Below are positions 62,372 through 64,000 of a stretch of DNA of 64,000 nucleotides, piece after piece. This stretch comes from Squalus acanthias. Taxonomy: Eukaryota. The first letter of the stretch is position 1. The number at the start of each line of letters is the position of its first letter. The position numbers and the translations under genes were made by a program. The notes under the pieces are model-generated. The model made no database searches and was not told the origin of the DNA. It saw only the letters and a program-made list of their open reading frames with translations. The DNA is taken from contig CM059433.1 of assembly GCA_030390025.1 (NCBI GenBank), positions 9,736,001-9,800,000 on the forward strand, given 5' to 3'.

Positions 62372-63495
62372 TGGTTGGAGCTAGACTTGGAGTACTGTGT
62401 ACAGTTCTGGTCTCCATATAATGGGAGGGATGTGGAGGCACTGGAGAGGGAGCAGAGGAGATTTGCAAGGATGATACCAGAACTGAGAGGTTATACCTGT
62501 CAGGAAATATTGAACAGGCTGGGGCATTTTTTGCTGGAAAAGAGAGGTCTGAGGGGTGACCTGAAAGAGTTCTTTAAGATTATGACGGGTTTGAGAGGGT
62601 AGATGTAGAGAAGTTGCTTCCACTTGTGGGGGAGACCAAAACTAGGGGCCATAAATATAAGATAGTCACCAATAAATCAAATAGGGAATTCGGGAGAAAC
62701 CTCTTTACCCAGAGAGTGGTGAGAATGTGGAACTCGCTACCACAAGGAATAGTTGAGGCGAATAGCACAGATGCTTTTAAGGGGAAGCTAGATAAACACA
62801 TGAGGGAGAAAGAATACAGGAAACTCTCGTTTAAACGGCACCTAAATATTCTGAATTCTCTATTAACCGGCAAAATTCATACTCCGAAAACAACACCTCA
62901 ATAACCGGAAATGTTGCCGAGTCCGAGTCTCCGGCGGCGGCCGAGTTAGTCAGTGGGAGTAGTTCTCCAAACTGCCACTACTCGGCTTCTTGGCGCTGTC
63001 GGAAGTCCGAACACCTCAATAACAGGAGTCTGACTCTCCCGCGCTGCCGGTCGTCTCTTCCGATCCGCCATTTTGGAATAAGTGTACAGTCAACTACAGT
63101 ACTGCATACAGTCGTTTACTGTATAAGTTTTGTTTTACTGTTAAGTAATTAAAGAGTTATGGATTACCCTTAACTGACAGTACTGTATTTAATCAAGCAT
63201 CTTCCACCATCCATTTAACACAACATTCTGTAGGGGAGTACCCAATTATACTGCACATTTCTTGATTATTTTTATTTTTGTTTGTTAAAAATAGCCTCGG
63301 TAGATAACCCTCTCCGTCATCCGAAATTTTTAATCAACCAGCACCATCCCGGTCCCATCGGTGCCGGATACCAAAGAGTTTCCTGTAGAAGGATATGCAG
63401 ATAGGGTGAGATGAAGAGGGGTGGGAGGAGGCTTGTGTGGAGCATAAACCAGTTGAGCCGAATGGCCTGTTTCTGTGCTGTAAATTCGATGTGAT
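62372..63495 (+). mobile_element. CR1 3' portion split by a Tigger-like MITE
   Basis: Encodes LEYCVQFWSP...FTQRVVRMWNSLP; resumes at 63388. Confidence 0.88.
62817..63385. mobile_element. Tc1/mariner (pogo/Tigger-like) MITE
   Basis: 25-bp imperfect TIR CAGGAAACTCT....CGGCAC with TA duplication; the host CR1 rejoins exactly. Confidence 0.88.
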
Positions 63496-63707
63496 CACAT
63501 TTAAATCATTGTACAGAAAGCGAAATACAGATTGGGACATACATATGGGATTAAAGGAGAAACTTAAATAGCAAAACATAAACTTTAAAAATATATATTT
63601 TTTTAAAAATCTGCAGCATTTTAATATTCTTCTGAGGGAATGAGACTCTATACTTGTAACACTCATTTTTCAGTGCCAGAGACGGTGTTCAGCAGTAATT
63701 GTGACTT

Positions 63708-63905
63708 AGGGCTGGATTTTGTCTTGGGGTCGGGTTGGGGTCGTGTAATCCGCATTTCGTGTTTCCCCCCGACTCCAGATTAATGTGGATGCCTGATGCA
63801 ATTTTCACTTAATTGGGCAATTGAGTTGCAGCATGTGGGAACCCATGAACTAATTAGTGGTTTCAGTCTGAAACCCGCCTCTGATGATGTCATCATTGCT
63901 GAGTG
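63708..63905. mobile_element. Harbinger MITE left arm (52024 family)
   Basis: GGGCTGGATTTTG start; colinear with 52024-52218. Confidence 0.8.
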
Positions 63906-64000
63906 CCTGCTCTCAGAGAATGTCTGGCTGTTGGTGCGGGAGGATCTGTCTGCATTGCTTCTGATGTGAGTGGACCTGGATAAATATATATATAAGAGAG

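Noticed and set aside
1..64000. CRISPR array or prokaryotic system
   Set aside because: No repeat-spacer array or operon structure; the content is vertebrate transposable-element DNA.

Overview
Repeat-dense, apparently non-genic vertebrate DNA. The repeat families point to a cartilaginous fish (inference): CR1 LINEs with short microsatellite tails, tRNA/Deu-type SINEs with L2-like tails, Penelope pLTRs and many PIF/Harbinger elements. I could not support any host gene exon. The window is a nested mosaic of CR1, Zenon/Crack-like, L2 and RTE/BovB-like LINE fragments, SINEs, two decayed two-gene Harbinger transposons (DDE transposase plus Myb/SANT gene) with further transposase relics, over a dozen Harbinger-type MITEs, a Tigger-like MITE, a Gypsy integrase remnant, two solo-LTR families and a Penelope GIY-YIG remnant. 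The most notable signals are: (i) seven minimal type-I hammerhead ribozyme motifs in Penelope-derived insertions, with visible stem covariation, including two TSD-flanked inverted double-ribozyme cassettes, one built from two different subfamilies; (ii) repeated Harbinger/MITE insertion into the same positions of CR1 3' ends; (iii) a ~1.4-kb GAG/GGA purine expansion that grew out of the acidic-tail codons of a Harbinger transposase. Family names come from motif recognition, not database searches.
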